Below, piece after piece: positions 44,124-52,703 of a stretch of 64,000 nucleotides of DNA. This stretch comes from Bacteroidales bacterium (GTDB lineage: Bacteria; Bacteroidota; Bacteroidia; Bacteroidales; UBA4417), in assembly GCA_030654075.1 (NCBI GenBank), contig JAURYB010000178.1, forward strand, positions 6,446-70,445, written 5' to 3'. The notes under the pieces were generated by a model that saw nothing but the letters and a program-made list of their open reading frames with translations, had not been told where the DNA came from and did not search any database. Made by a program: the position numbers and the translations under genes. The number at the start of each line of letters is the position of its first letter. The first letter of the stretch is position 1.

Positions 44124-45476
44124 CTACTGAAGTTCCCTGCCATCATCCTTTAACATCCTGTAGATCGTAGTTTTACCAATATTAAGTTTGTCAGCCACAA
44201 GGCGTACTTTATTGTCGTACTTGTTCAAATAATGGGTAATAATTATTTTGATATAATCGTCGAGCGTAGCTTCTTCGTTAACGAAATCAAGCATTGCAGT
44301 TGTATTTGGTAACTTAACATCTTCGGCATGAATGGTATTGGTGTTGGTCATTACAGCTGCCAGTTCAACAATAGCTTTTAACTCACGCACATTACCGGGG
44401 AAAGGATATTTGCGGAATTTTTCCATGGCGTCAGCCGAGATAATGAGTTTAGGCATACTGTTCTTTTTACAGAACTCATCCACAAAGAATCTTGCCAATA
44501 AAAATATATCATTGCCTCGGGACCGCAAGGGCGGAAGCTCAATAGGCAAACCCAACAACCTGTAATATAAATCTTCCCTGAAATTACCTTTTTTAACTTC
44601 ATCAAGTAAGTTTTTGTGTGTGGCCACAATTACCCTGACATCAAGCTTTTGTGGTTTGTTGGAACCAACTCTTACCACTTCTTCTTCCTGCAACACCCTG
44701 AGTAATTTCGCCTGCATATTCAGGTCCATATCGCCTATTTCGTCGAGAAATATAGTACCATGATTGGCTTCTTCAAACCGCCCGATACGTTGATTATTTG
44801 CCCCTGTAAACGAGCCTTTCTCGTGGCCGAACATCTCACTTTCGATAAGCTCTCGCGGTATGGCTGTTACATTAACAGCAACAAAAGGTTTATTCTTTCG
44901 TTTCGAATTGAAATGTATGGCTTTAGCCACAAGTTCCTTACCTGTGCCTGTTTCGCCGTGTACTGATACTGAAATGGTTGTCTTGGTGGCTTTTTCGATT
45001 AGCCGGAATACTGTATTTATTACAGGACTATCCCCTTTTATCAGATTATTGTATTCGTATTTTTTCCCAATTTCATCTTCCAGGTTTGAAATCCGTTGCT
45101 TGAGGTTGAAATTTGATTTAATGTTCCTCATGGCCGACCATATCCTGTCCTTGGTATCCGGATCTTTGAGAACATAATCGTAAACACCTTTCTTCAGCAG
45201 TTCCACGGCTGTAGAAATATCCTGCTGGCCTGAAACAATTATGACGGGTAATTCGGGATCAAATTCCCTGATGCGTTTCAACACATCAAATCCGCTCATA
45301 TCCGGAAGATTGAAGTCGAGGGATATGGCTGAAGGCCCTTTATATAAATTTGCGAGTAACTCCTTACCCGACGAAAAAATTGCTACGTCATAATCTGGAT
45401 TTTGAGATAAATGATACGAAAGAATTTTCGCATACATAACATCATCTTCAACCACAAAAATTTTAAATGTTTCCAT
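44124..45476 (-). CDS. Sigma-54-dependent response regulator (NtrC/Fis family: receiver + AAA+ + HTH)
   Basis: Receiver domain (IFVVEDD...LDFNLPDMSG), Walker A (GETGTGKE), GSFTGA (GAFTGA variant), and a C-terminal HTH (LNIGKTTIYRMLK). Confidence 0.92.
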   Translation of the reverse strand: METFKIFVVEDDVMYAKILSYHLSQNPDYDVAIFSSGKELLANLYKGPSAISLDFNLPDMSGFDVLKRIREFDPELPVIIVSGQQDISTAVELLKKGVYDYVLKDPDTKDRIWSAMRNIKSNFNLKQRISNLEDEIGKKYEYNNLIKGDSPVINTVFRLIEKATKTTISVSVHGETGTGKELVAKAIHFNSKRKNKPFVAVNVTAIPRELIESEMFGHEKGSFTGANNQRIGRFEEANHGTIFLDEIGDMDLNMQAKLLRVLQEEEVVRVGSNKPQKLDVRVIVATHKNLLDEVKKGNFREDLYYRLLGLPIELPPLRSRGNDIFLLARFFVDEFCKKNSMPKLIISADAMEKFRKYPFPGNVRELKAIVELAAVMTNTNTIHAEDVKLPNTTAMLDFVNEEATLDDYIKIIITHYLNKYDNKVRLVADKLNIGKTTIYRMLKDDGRELQ

Positions 45477-45868
45477 AAAGTGTCCTTTTCATAGGTTAAT
45501 TTCCTAAAAACGGAAAAGTAACAAAGTAAATCAAAAATAATGTAAAATTCCCGAAATGGGACTTTAAATTTCTATTAAGAAAAGATGGTACAGAGATAAG
45601 TCCAGGAATAAAAATACCAGGATTAAATCTGATTTGCCAGTTATGACTGGTTATTAACCAGCAACGTTAAACAAATAAAACCGCAGATGGTTGGAAATTT
45701 TATATTATTGATTATCATAATTTTAACAACCTAATAAATTGATACTGATAATTCATGGATGGATAATCCGACTTTCCGTTCAGGAATATTTCTTACCAAT
45801 GTTCCTTAAATATTCCACCAGCTTATCACAAAGTCAGAATAGAAATAATAAATTATCCGATTAACTAT

Positions 45869-46837
45869 TTAAAGACATAATAAATTCTGAAGAATCCCTT
45901 CTATCTCATCAAAATTCTGCCGTGTCAGCATATCCATTCTTACTTTTTTAAAACCTGGCAGTCCTTTGAAATACCCCGCATAATGTTTCCGCATTTCAAT
46001 AATTCCTTTACGCTCACCTTTCTTTTGTATGGCAAGCCTTAAATGCGCCAGGCTTACGGTAATCCGCTCCTGCAGATCAGGTGGCGGGTTTAATTCCCCG
46101 TTATGAACAAATGCTTTGATTTCATTAAATATCCAGGGGTTACCAATAGCTGCCCGGCCAATCATGATAGCATCAACACCATATTTATCAAACATTTCAG
46201 CAGCTTTCAGGGCACTGGTAATATCACCGTTTCCAATTACCGGAATCTTCATACGGGGATTATTCTTTACATCACCAATCAGCGTCCAGTCCGCCTCTCC
46301 CGAATACATTTGCGCTCTTGTCCGGCCATGGATAGTAATTGCCTGTACACCCACATCCTCTAGCTGCTCGGCCACATCCACTATCACCTTACTGTTTTCA
46401 TCCCAGCCGAGACGTGTTTTAACCGTAACAGGCAATTTAACGGCACGTACTACTTCGCGGGTTATGGCTATCATTAACGGAATATCGTTCAGCAGACCGG
46501 CTCCCGCGCCTTTCATCGCCACTTTACGAACCGGGCAGCCAAAATTGATATCAATCAAATCAGGATTCAGCTCTTCAGCCAATAGCGCGGCATTTTTCAT
46601 TGCTTCCACATCGTTGCCGAATATCTGTATTCCGAGTGGCTTTTCAGTTTCGTCGAACAACATCTTATTACTGCTTTTCACGGCTGACCGCACCAAAGCT
46701 TCCGACGACACAAATTCAGTGTATACCATATCAGCTCCGTGCATGCGGCAAATATTCCGGAATGCGGAATCTGTAATATCCTCCAGTGGAGCAAGAATAA
46801 CGGGGAATTTCCCAAGGTCAGTTTTTCCTATTAACAT
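45869..46837 (-). CDS. dusB: tRNA-dihydrouridine synthase B
   Basis: VILAPLEDITDSAFR...DINFGCPV...HGRTRAQMYSG. 322 aa. Confidence 0.93.
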   Translation of the reverse strand: MLIGKTDLGKFPVILAPLEDITDSAFRNICRMHGADMVYTEFVSSEALVRSAVKSSNKMLFDETEKPLGIQIFGNDVEAMKNAALLAEELNPDLIDINFGCPVRKVAMKGAGAGLLNDIPLMIAITREVVRAVKLPVTVKTRLGWDENSKVIVDVAEQLEDVGVQAITIHGRTRAQMYSGEADWTLIGDVKNNPRMKIPVIGNGDITSALKAAEMFDKYGVDAIMIGRAAIGNPWIFNEIKAFVHNGELNPPPDLQERITVSLAHLRLAIQKKGERKGIIEMRKHYAGYFKGLPGFKKVRMDMLTRQNFDEIEGILQNLLCL

Positions 46838-46902
46838 TCAGTTGTTTTTCGAACTGCAAAAATAGCAACATTAGCCAACGTTTAGGATTAAACCTTATTC
46901 AT

Positions 46903-46910
46903 TACTTTTG
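46903..46910 (+). promoter_or_regulatory. -7 box TACTTTTG (CPBP protease)
   Basis: Matches the TAnnTTTG consensus. It lies 16 nt upstream of the ATG at 46926, which argues against the track's TTG 46908 start. Confidence 0.55.
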
Positions 46911-46925
46911 CCGCAAACAAACACG

Positions 46926-47849
46926 ATGCTTAGAGGCTCATATAGTCAGATAAACAACTTCAGTAAGTTTATCCTGCTGATAATTCTGGTAATCAGCTTT
47001 CTGCTTTTCTCGACATTACTCGGGATACTGGTGCTGGTTCCGTTCTTCGGAACCGGTGTTATCAGTTTGCTTTCAACGCCTGATTACAGCAACATTGCAG
47101 TAGTTAATGCAATGAAAGCAATGCAGATCCTGAATATGGCTGGAGGATTGTTACTTCCGGCGGTTATTTACTTGTGGCTTTGTTATCCTGGCATAAAAAC
47201 TGACAGCGTTTTTAACAAACCCTTTAAATATTTGCCAATTGCATTATCAGCGCTTCTGATAGTAATTTCTCAACCGCTGATTGGCTGGACAAGTGAACTT
47301 AACAGCTATCTTTCGCTTCCGGAGGGACTTTCGTTCGTAGAAAACTGGATGAAGAATGCTGAAACCCAGGGAGAAATGATTACAGAGGCTTTTCTTTCCA
47401 CTACTTCAATGAGCGGTTTGCTGGTAAATATTTTTATGGTAGCAATACTTCCTGCTTTTGCGGAAGAGATTCTTTTTCGAGGTGCATTAGCCCGCTTATT
47501 TAAAGACTGGACAAAGAATGTACACCTGGCTGTTTTTCTGTCCGCTTTTCTTTTTGCAGCCATTCACATGCAGTTTTACGGATTCCTGCCGCGGTTTTTA
47601 CTAGGTACGGCTTTGGGATACCTGTATTTCTGGAGCGGAAGTTTGTGGCTGCCGATTGTGGCTCATTTTACCAATAACTTTCTTTCCGTTATCGTGGAAT
47701 TTCTATTTCGCAAAGGAATGATTCATATCAATGCCGAAAACTTTGGAGTGGACAATGCCACCTGGCTTACGGCTATCAGTATTTTGGGCGTTACAGGTAT
47801 ATTGTTTTCTATATATAATCTGACTTCCAGGCAAAACAAAGAATGTTAA
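46926..47849 (+). CDS. CPBP family (CAAX/Abi) intramembrane glutamic endopeptidase
   Basis: Multi-pass membrane protein with EEILFRG, FAAIHM and AHFTNN motifs. The first ATG is at 46926, downstream of a TACTTTTG box. Confidence 0.85.
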   Translation: MLRGSYSQINNFSKFILLIILVISFLLFSTLLGILVLVPFFGTGVISLLSTPDYSNIAVVNAMKAMQILNMAGGLLLPAVIYLWLCYPGIKTDSVFNKPFKYLPIALSALLIVISQPLIGWTSELNSYLSLPEGLSFVENWMKNAETQGEMITEAFLSTTSMSGLLVNIFMVAILPAFAEEILFRGALARLFKDWTKNVHLAVFLSAFLFAAIHMQFYGFLPRFLLGTALGYLYFWSGSLWLPIVAHFTNNFLSVIVEFLFRKGMIHINAENFGVDNATWLTAISILGVTGILFSIYNLTSRQNKEC

Positions 47850-47963
47850 CGGGAAATCCCAATACTTATTCAAAAAAATCGACTTAGTTTGTCGTTTACA
47901 AGCAGGCAAAAAAAGACCCTAAAAACGATCTAAAAAGGTTACAAGTAAGATCCAATCCAGCTC

Positions 47964-48434
47964 TTACCGCGTTGTATAAGCATCTCTTTTGTGGGTTGAG
48001 TAATTGATTTTATAAGCGCCTGCTTTACGAAGTTCTTGTTTCACATCTGTCACAATACCCATTTTAGTTTCGGCATCCACTTTAAGAGACGTGGTAAGCA
48101 CTTTACGATCGAATTCGTTCCGCGACTGCTTTTCGGCAACTACAAAGGCCTGTATCAAGCCAACAGTGGCATAAGAATCATTAAGCTGTATACGCGATTC
48201 AGTCCCCAAAGCGGCTTTGATGGGTTTTCCTATATAAATGAAGCTGACCAGCGATTTTTTTTCCAGTTTCTGCACTTCGCTGGCCTTAGGAGGCGCAATT
48301 TTTACCAGGAGTGTTGAACTACGAATGGTTGTTATAACCATAAAAAAGAACAGGAACATAAAGATAATATCCGACATTGAGCCGGTATTGATACCGGGAA
48401 CCGTTCTTCCGCCGGCCTTTTTAAATCGGGCCAT
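47964..48434 (-). CDS. exbD: Biopolymer transport protein ExbD/TolR
   Basis: The likely start is MARFKKAGGR..INTGSMSDIIFMFLFFFMV (ATG 48434), 1 nt after the upstream exbD stop. The track start at 48506 is too long. Confidence 0.85.
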   Translation of the reverse strand: MARFKKAGGRTVPGINTGSMSDIIFMFLFFFMVITTIRSSTLLVKIAPPKASEVQKLEKKSLVSFIYIGKPIKAALGTESRIQLNDSYATVGLIQAFVVAEKQSRNEFDRKVLTTSLKVDAETKMGIVTDVKQELRKAGAYKINYSTHKRDAYTTR

Positions 48435-48435
48435 A

Positions 48436-49008
48436 TTAGTTTCCTCCAATATTTTCAGGTTCAGCTTCCGAAATCGAAACAGGTACTGCTTTCGAAATGG
48501 CATCAATGTAGCCAGGGTTTTTCAGGTCTTTAAACGCAACGCCAAATCTTTGCTTCGACAGCTCATTACGAAGTTCGTTGATAGCGGCAGTAAGTTCATT
48601 CTGAACCTGAATATAAGTATCGTATGAAGTACCCCTATCGTTTTTAAGCGAAATAACGCCTTTTGAAACTGTAATTTTACCAAGTCCCGGTATTATTTTT
48701 TCTTCCATTTCAGGATAATCACTCCTGCGACCGGGGTTGGCAAGAAACAATTTGGCAGTCTCTTTAAGCTCCCTGATATTAGTTGGCTTACCTTGTACAA
48801 GAAGATTATCACTCTTATTGACCAGTACCTTTAAAACATTACGATCTTTGATATCAATCGATTTCTGGTCTTTGGGCTGTGGCGGAGGCAGTTTCCTGGT
48901 GATTCCCTGGTCTGTGTCAATTGATGAAGTGAGAAGGAAGAAGGTAAGCAACAGAAATGAAATATCTGCCATAGATGCCGTATTTAGTTCCGGTGTTCGT
49001 TTTAGCAT
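48436..49008 (-). CDS. exbD: Biopolymer transport protein ExbD/TolR (long form)
   Basis: ELNTASMADISFLLLTFFLLT is the N-terminal TM signature. 190 aa. Confidence 0.85.
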   Translation of the reverse strand: MLKRTPELNTASMADISFLLLTFFLLTSSIDTDQGITRKLPPPQPKDQKSIDIKDRNVLKVLVNKSDNLLVQGKPTNIRELKETAKLFLANPGRRSDYPEMEEKIIPGLGKITVSKGVISLKNDRGTSYDTYIQVQNELTAAINELRNELSKQRFGVAFKDLKNPGYIDAISKAVPVSISEAEPENIGGN

Positions 49009-49027
49009 AACAACAAAGATTAATGTT

Positions 49028-49357
49028 CTATCTAAACCATTTGATTACAATAGTGTACAAAGTTATCAGAACAAACGCGGCAGCAATAAAGTATGTGCTT
49101 AAAAGGCCGGCCCCGATAAGTTTGGACGCCTGGGCCGATATATTCATTTTAGTATAAAACTCGCCTTGTTGGGCAGGGGAAACAATGAATGCCAGCAAAA
49201 TTATACCGGCAAGAATGGCAATGCTTATCAAAACACCTTTTGGATTTTTTATATTTCCGCGTACCAACGAAATAAGCGGGAATATCACCAGTCCGGCAAT
49301 GGCCGCAAAGAGCATAATATAAGCCACAATCAGACCAATATTAATTAAAGTATCCAT
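49028..49357 (-). CDS. Small three-helix membrane protein within the exbB-exbD cluster
   Basis: 109 aa and entirely hydrophobic helices. It is tightly packed between exbB and exbD. Confidence 0.55.
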   Translation of the reverse strand: MDTLINIGLIVAYIMLFAAIAGLVIFPLISLVRGNIKNPKGVLISIAILAGIILLAFIVSPAQQGEFYTKMNISAQASKLIGAGLLSTYFIAAAFVLITLYTIVIKWFR

Positions 49358-49362
49358 TGTGA

Positions 49363-50190
49363 CTAGCTTTTAGCGTTTTTGTTTTTTACGAGTATATCCA
49401 TAAAGCTGATCGCGGAATCTTCCATGGTATTTACAATGGATTCAACTTTAGAAACAAGGTAGTTGTAAATAACCTGCAGTATGATTGCCACGATCAGGCC
49501 AAATACCGTAGTGAGAAGAGCCACTTTCATACCTCCTGCTACAACGGTTGGCGAAATATCGCCAGCTACTTCAATAGCATCAAAGGCCTGAACCATACCA
49601 ACAACAGTTCCAAGGAATCCCAGCATAGGCGCAAGTGCGATAAAAAGTGTTATCCACGAAAGGTTGGTCTCCAGGCGTGCCATCATAACACCACCATAAG
49701 AAATTATTGATTTCTCAACTATATCAAGGCCTTCGTTATACCTGTCTAATCCCTGGAAAAAGATAGAAGCCACCGGACCCCGCGTATTTTTACAAACTTC
49801 TTTAGCAGCGCTTATACCGTTAGCCTGGAGTTCGTGTTCAACTTTATCAAGTAATTTGGTTGTATTGGTTGTGGAAAGGTTTAAATAGATAATCCTTTCG
49901 ATGCAGAGCCCTAAGCCGATTATAAGACAAAGCAAAATCGGCGCCATCCAACCTGGGCCGCCTTCAATAAATTTATTTTTCAGAACCTGGTGAAAGGATT
50001 GTGTTTCTTCAAAGGGCGCCTCATCAGCTTCTGATACCAGAACATCAGCATTATCAAGCTGTGTGGCTGTATCAACCTGCGCCGCGGCATTCGAATCGGT
50101 AGTTGCAACTTTATTTTGAGCGAACACAAAATTCGGGAATCCGGTAGTCAGCAGTAACGCTAATGACACGAAAGCAATAACTTTTTTCAT
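49363..50190 (-). CDS. exbB: MotA/TolQ/ExbB proton-channel family protein
   Basis: 275 aa with a signal-like N-terminus. The C-terminal region LAPMLGFLGTVVGMVQAF...ALLTTVFGLIVAI is the family signature. Confidence 0.9.
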   Translation of the reverse strand: MKKVIAFVSLALLLTTGFPNFVFAQNKVATTDSNAAAQVDTATQLDNADVLVSEADEAPFEETQSFHQVLKNKFIEGGPGWMAPILLCLIIGLGLCIERIIYLNLSTTNTTKLLDKVEHELQANGISAAKEVCKNTRGPVASIFFQGLDRYNEGLDIVEKSIISYGGVMMARLETNLSWITLFIALAPMLGFLGTVVGMVQAFDAIEVAGDISPTVVAGGMKVALLTTVFGLIVAIILQVIYNYLVSKVESIVNTMEDSAISFMDILVKNKNAKS

Positions 50191-50252
50191 AAAGTCGGTG
50201 TATGGATTTTGATTTCAGGGAATTGATCAATCCAGAGTGAAAAAAAAATAAG

Positions 50253-50341
50253 CGGAGAGGATGGGATTCGAACCCATGATACCCTTTTGAGGTATACACA
50301 CTTTCCAGGCGTGCGCCATCGACCAACTCGGCCACCTCTCC
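50253..50341 (-). tRNA. tRNA-Ser (anticodon GGA)
   Basis: The reverse complement GGAGAGGTGGCCGAGTTGGTCGATGGCG-CACGC-CTGGAAA-GTGTG-(long variable arm TATACCTCAAAAGGGTATC)-ATGGGTTCGAATCCCAT-CCTCTCC-G folds as a class II cloverleaf. Confidence 0.9.
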
Positions 50342-50350
50342 ATTTAATTT

Positions 50351-50358
50351 CAAATATA
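50351..50358 (-). promoter_or_regulatory. -7 box TATATTTG (tRNA-Ser)
   Basis: The reverse complement of caaatata matches the consensus. It lies 9 nt upstream of the tRNA 5' end. Confidence 0.55.
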
Positions 50359-50772
50359 AAACTGTCCCGTTCTATTTCCGTAACGGAGCGCGAAGTTACA
50401 AAATATATTCACAAACCCATGTTTAAAGTTTTTTTATTCAGGCAATGATCAGATTGTTGGAAAAGAACTGACGCTGAACGACTATTTTACGAAATTGGCT
50501 CTGTTAATTGAGTCTTTTGTTCCAGGTACAAGTTTATTGTCAACGTATCTGTTAAAAATACTTAATTAATTATTCCGTTAAAAATGCGAAAAACACCATA
50601 ACATATTCATTAACAAATGTTTTCGAATATTTCTTATTCCTATCAGATCCTTGGCATCTGTTGAATTTATAACAAAAGAAATCTACATTCGTTACTATGT
50701 TCTTATCAGTTGAACTATTAATGCTGACACAAAAATCCCCCTTCTCATTCATCCTTTTACATTCAAGATATA

Positions 50773-51327
50773 ATGACAAAGATCACAACCCTCCTGACAA
50801 TCCTATTATTTTCTGTCGGCATCGCAAATGCACAGAAATACATGACTAAAAGCGGAACTATAAAATTCTTTTCAGATACGCCTATGGAAAAAATCCAGGG
50901 TGTAAACCGCCAGGTTAACAGCGCACTCGACTTCGCTACAGGTAATTTTGTTTTAAAAGTACTTATACAAGGTTTCGAGTTCGAGAAAGCCCTGATGCAG
51001 GAGCATTTCAACGAAAATTATATGGAATCAGATAAATTTCAGAATTCAACTTTTAATGGAAAAATCACTAATATAAAAGATGTAAACCTGGCCAAAGATG
51101 GCGTTTATAAGGTGATTGCAGAGGGCGATCTGACCATGCACGGTGTTACAAACAAAGTGAAAATTAACGGCACACTTGAAGTTAAAGGAGGAAAAGTTTC
51201 AGGAAAAGCTACTTTTAACGTAGCGCCAAAGGATTATAACATCGCTATTCCAAAAGCCGTTATCAAAAACATCTCTGAAGCCATACAGGTTGACGTAAAT
51301 ATTACACTCGATAAGTTAGGGAGCTAA
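50773..51327 (+). CDS. yceI: YceI family (polyisoprenoid-binding) periplasmic protein
   Basis: Signal peptide, then SGTIKFFSDTPMEKIQGVN....F..........F.GKI...GDLTMHGVT pattern. Confidence 0.82.
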   Translation: MTKITTLLTILLFSVGIANAQKYMTKSGTIKFFSDTPMEKIQGVNRQVNSALDFATGNFVLKVLIQGFEFEKALMQEHFNENYMESDKFQNSTFNGKITNIKDVNLAKDGVYKVIAEGDLTMHGVTNKVKINGTLEVKGGKVSGKATFNVAPKDYNIAIPKAVIKNISEAIQVDVNITLDKLGS

Positions 51328-51597
51328 TTCCCTGAAAGAATATTCCTCCTGTACCGGTAATCTGGGCATTGTTCCGGGTTCAACAGGAAATCTCCCGTTT
51401 CCGAATGCTTTGGATAAGCACACCCGAAAAACTCTCAGGTAATCACCCGGGAGTTTTTCAGTTTAATTGGATTCCTTAAATTGAGATTTATAACTTTTCT
51501 TTCACCACAAGTAGTGATTATCCGTTTGATAGAATTAATTTTACAGCAAACAAGAGACAGATAACCAACACAGACTACACTACTCAAAGTTTGCATT

Positions 51598-52212
51598 ATG
51601 GATTATTTCAGCAGTATTTCCAATTTATCATTGATGCAGAGTCTGCAGAAATTAGATATTGGGATATTGAAAGGAATTTTTGAAAACAGGATTCCGGGAC
51701 TAGATATTGTTTTTATTTTTATCACTAATTCAGCCGGGGCAATTGCTTTTGGAGCGCCTATACTCCTATTGCTTATTGCCTTAAAGAAGAAAATTCCGGG
51801 ATTGCGCCGGGAAGCATTAACGATCCTTATCCCGGTAGCCTTGTCGGCCATACTAGCAAATATCCTGAAATACATATTCGACACTCCAAGGCCTTACGAA
51901 GTATATTCATTTATCCACAAACTCAGTGTTGGCGGAAGCCCTTCATTCCCCTCGGGACATACTGCCGATGCTTTTGCTTTTGCGGTTGCTATGGCTTTGG
52001 TTTACCGTAAATGGTATAGTATAATCCCGGTTTTGATCTGGGCTGCATTGGTTGGATATTCACGAATGTACCTGGGAGTACATTTCCCTTCTGATGTTAT
52101 AGGTGGTGCATTTATTGGCGCAGCCTGTTCATACGGCTATGTTTTGTATGCAAAAAGAAAATTCCTGAAATCCCCAAAAACGAATAGTATACCTGATTCA
52201 TATAATCAATAA
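51598..52212 (+). CDS. PAP2-family phosphatase (undecaprenyl-diphosphatase/BcrC-like)
   Basis: The KYIFDTPRP, PSGHT and SRMYLGVHFPSDV acid-phosphatase motifs are present in a multi-pass membrane protein. Confidence 0.88.
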   Translation: MDYFSSISNLSLMQSLQKLDIGILKGIFENRIPGLDIVFIFITNSAGAIAFGAPILLLLIALKKKIPGLRREALTILIPVALSAILANILKYIFDTPRPYEVYSFIHKLSVGGSPSFPSGHTADAFAFAVAMALVYRKWYSIIPVLIWAALVGYSRMYLGVHFPSDVIGGAFIGAACSYGYVLYAKRKFLKSPKTNSIPDSYNQ

Positions 52213-52330
52213 ATTTTCCAGGTTTCTTTGTTCAATTCAATAAAAGAGACAGACTTTTTATGTGAAAGCATAAAATCCGGCAGAAAAGCCTGAAGTGATT
52301 GCTTAATTGCGAAATATCCCAAAATATAGT

Positions 52331-52338
52331 TACTTTTG
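52331..52338 (+). promoter_or_regulatory. -7 box TACTTTTG (tRNA-Arg)
   Basis: Matches the TAnnTTTG consensus. It lies 17 nt upstream of the tRNA 5' end. Confidence 0.6.
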
Positions 52339-52354
52339 CAAACCAATAATCTAT

Positions 52355-52426
52355 GGCCCCATAGTTCAATGGATAGAATTTCAGATTCCGGTTCTGAAGA
52401 TTTGGGTTCGAATCCCGATGGGGTCA
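52355..52426 (+). tRNA. tRNA-Arg (anticodon CCG)
   Basis: GGCCCCA-TA-GTTC-AATGGATA-GAAT-T-TCAGA-TTCCGGT-TCTGA-AGAT-TTGGG-TTCGAAT-CCCGA-TGGGGTC-A folds as a 72-nt cloverleaf. A TACTTTTG box lies 17 nt upstream and a terminator lies downstream. Confidence 0.9.
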
Positions 52427-52442
52427 CATAATCACGCAAAAC

Positions 52443-52477
52443 AGAGCTGTAATTCAATGAGTTACAGCTCTTTTTTT
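52443..52477 (+). terminator. Rho-independent terminator after tRNA-Arg
   Basis: 10-bp stem AGAGCTGTAA/TTACAGCTCT with a 9-nt loop, followed by TTTTTTT. Confidence 0.75.
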
Positions 52478-52579
52478 AGCCCGGAAGGTAGGAGTTTTTA
52501 AAGCTGTATTGTTTGACTTTATGCCCGGGCAAATTAGTATTGCGCGCTTTAAATCTATAGAATTCTTAATTAAAAAGGA

Positions 52580-52605
52580 GGCTGAACAGGGCAACCTGCT
52601 CAGCC
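52580..52605 (-). terminator. Putative terminator of the susC-susD operon
   Basis: GGCTGAACAGG-GCAA-CCTGCTCAGCC (one mismatch). The minus-strand reading is followed by TCCTTTTT. It lies about 100 nt past the susD stop. Confidence 0.45.
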
Positions 52606-52703
52606 AACCAACCAATTGTTTAGATCACCAAATCAAATAACCCTTTATTTAAATCTAATAGGTTACCCTGCCAACCTCCTTTTTACTTATAATCCAGAGA
52701 ATT

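Noticed and set aside
46116-46865. 249-aa + strand ORF antisense to dusB; similar antisense ORFs occur inside the aldehyde dehydrogenase (12286..12741, 12784..13353), the BNR protein, susC and the GH genes
   Set aside because: Each is fully nested opposite a gene with strong family motifs, and each has an S/P/A/T-rich shadow-ORF composition.
50111-50353. 80-aa minus-strand ORF
   Set aside because: It is co-linear with tRNA-Ser(GGA) and the exbB 5' end. The tRNA explains the conservation-like GC content.
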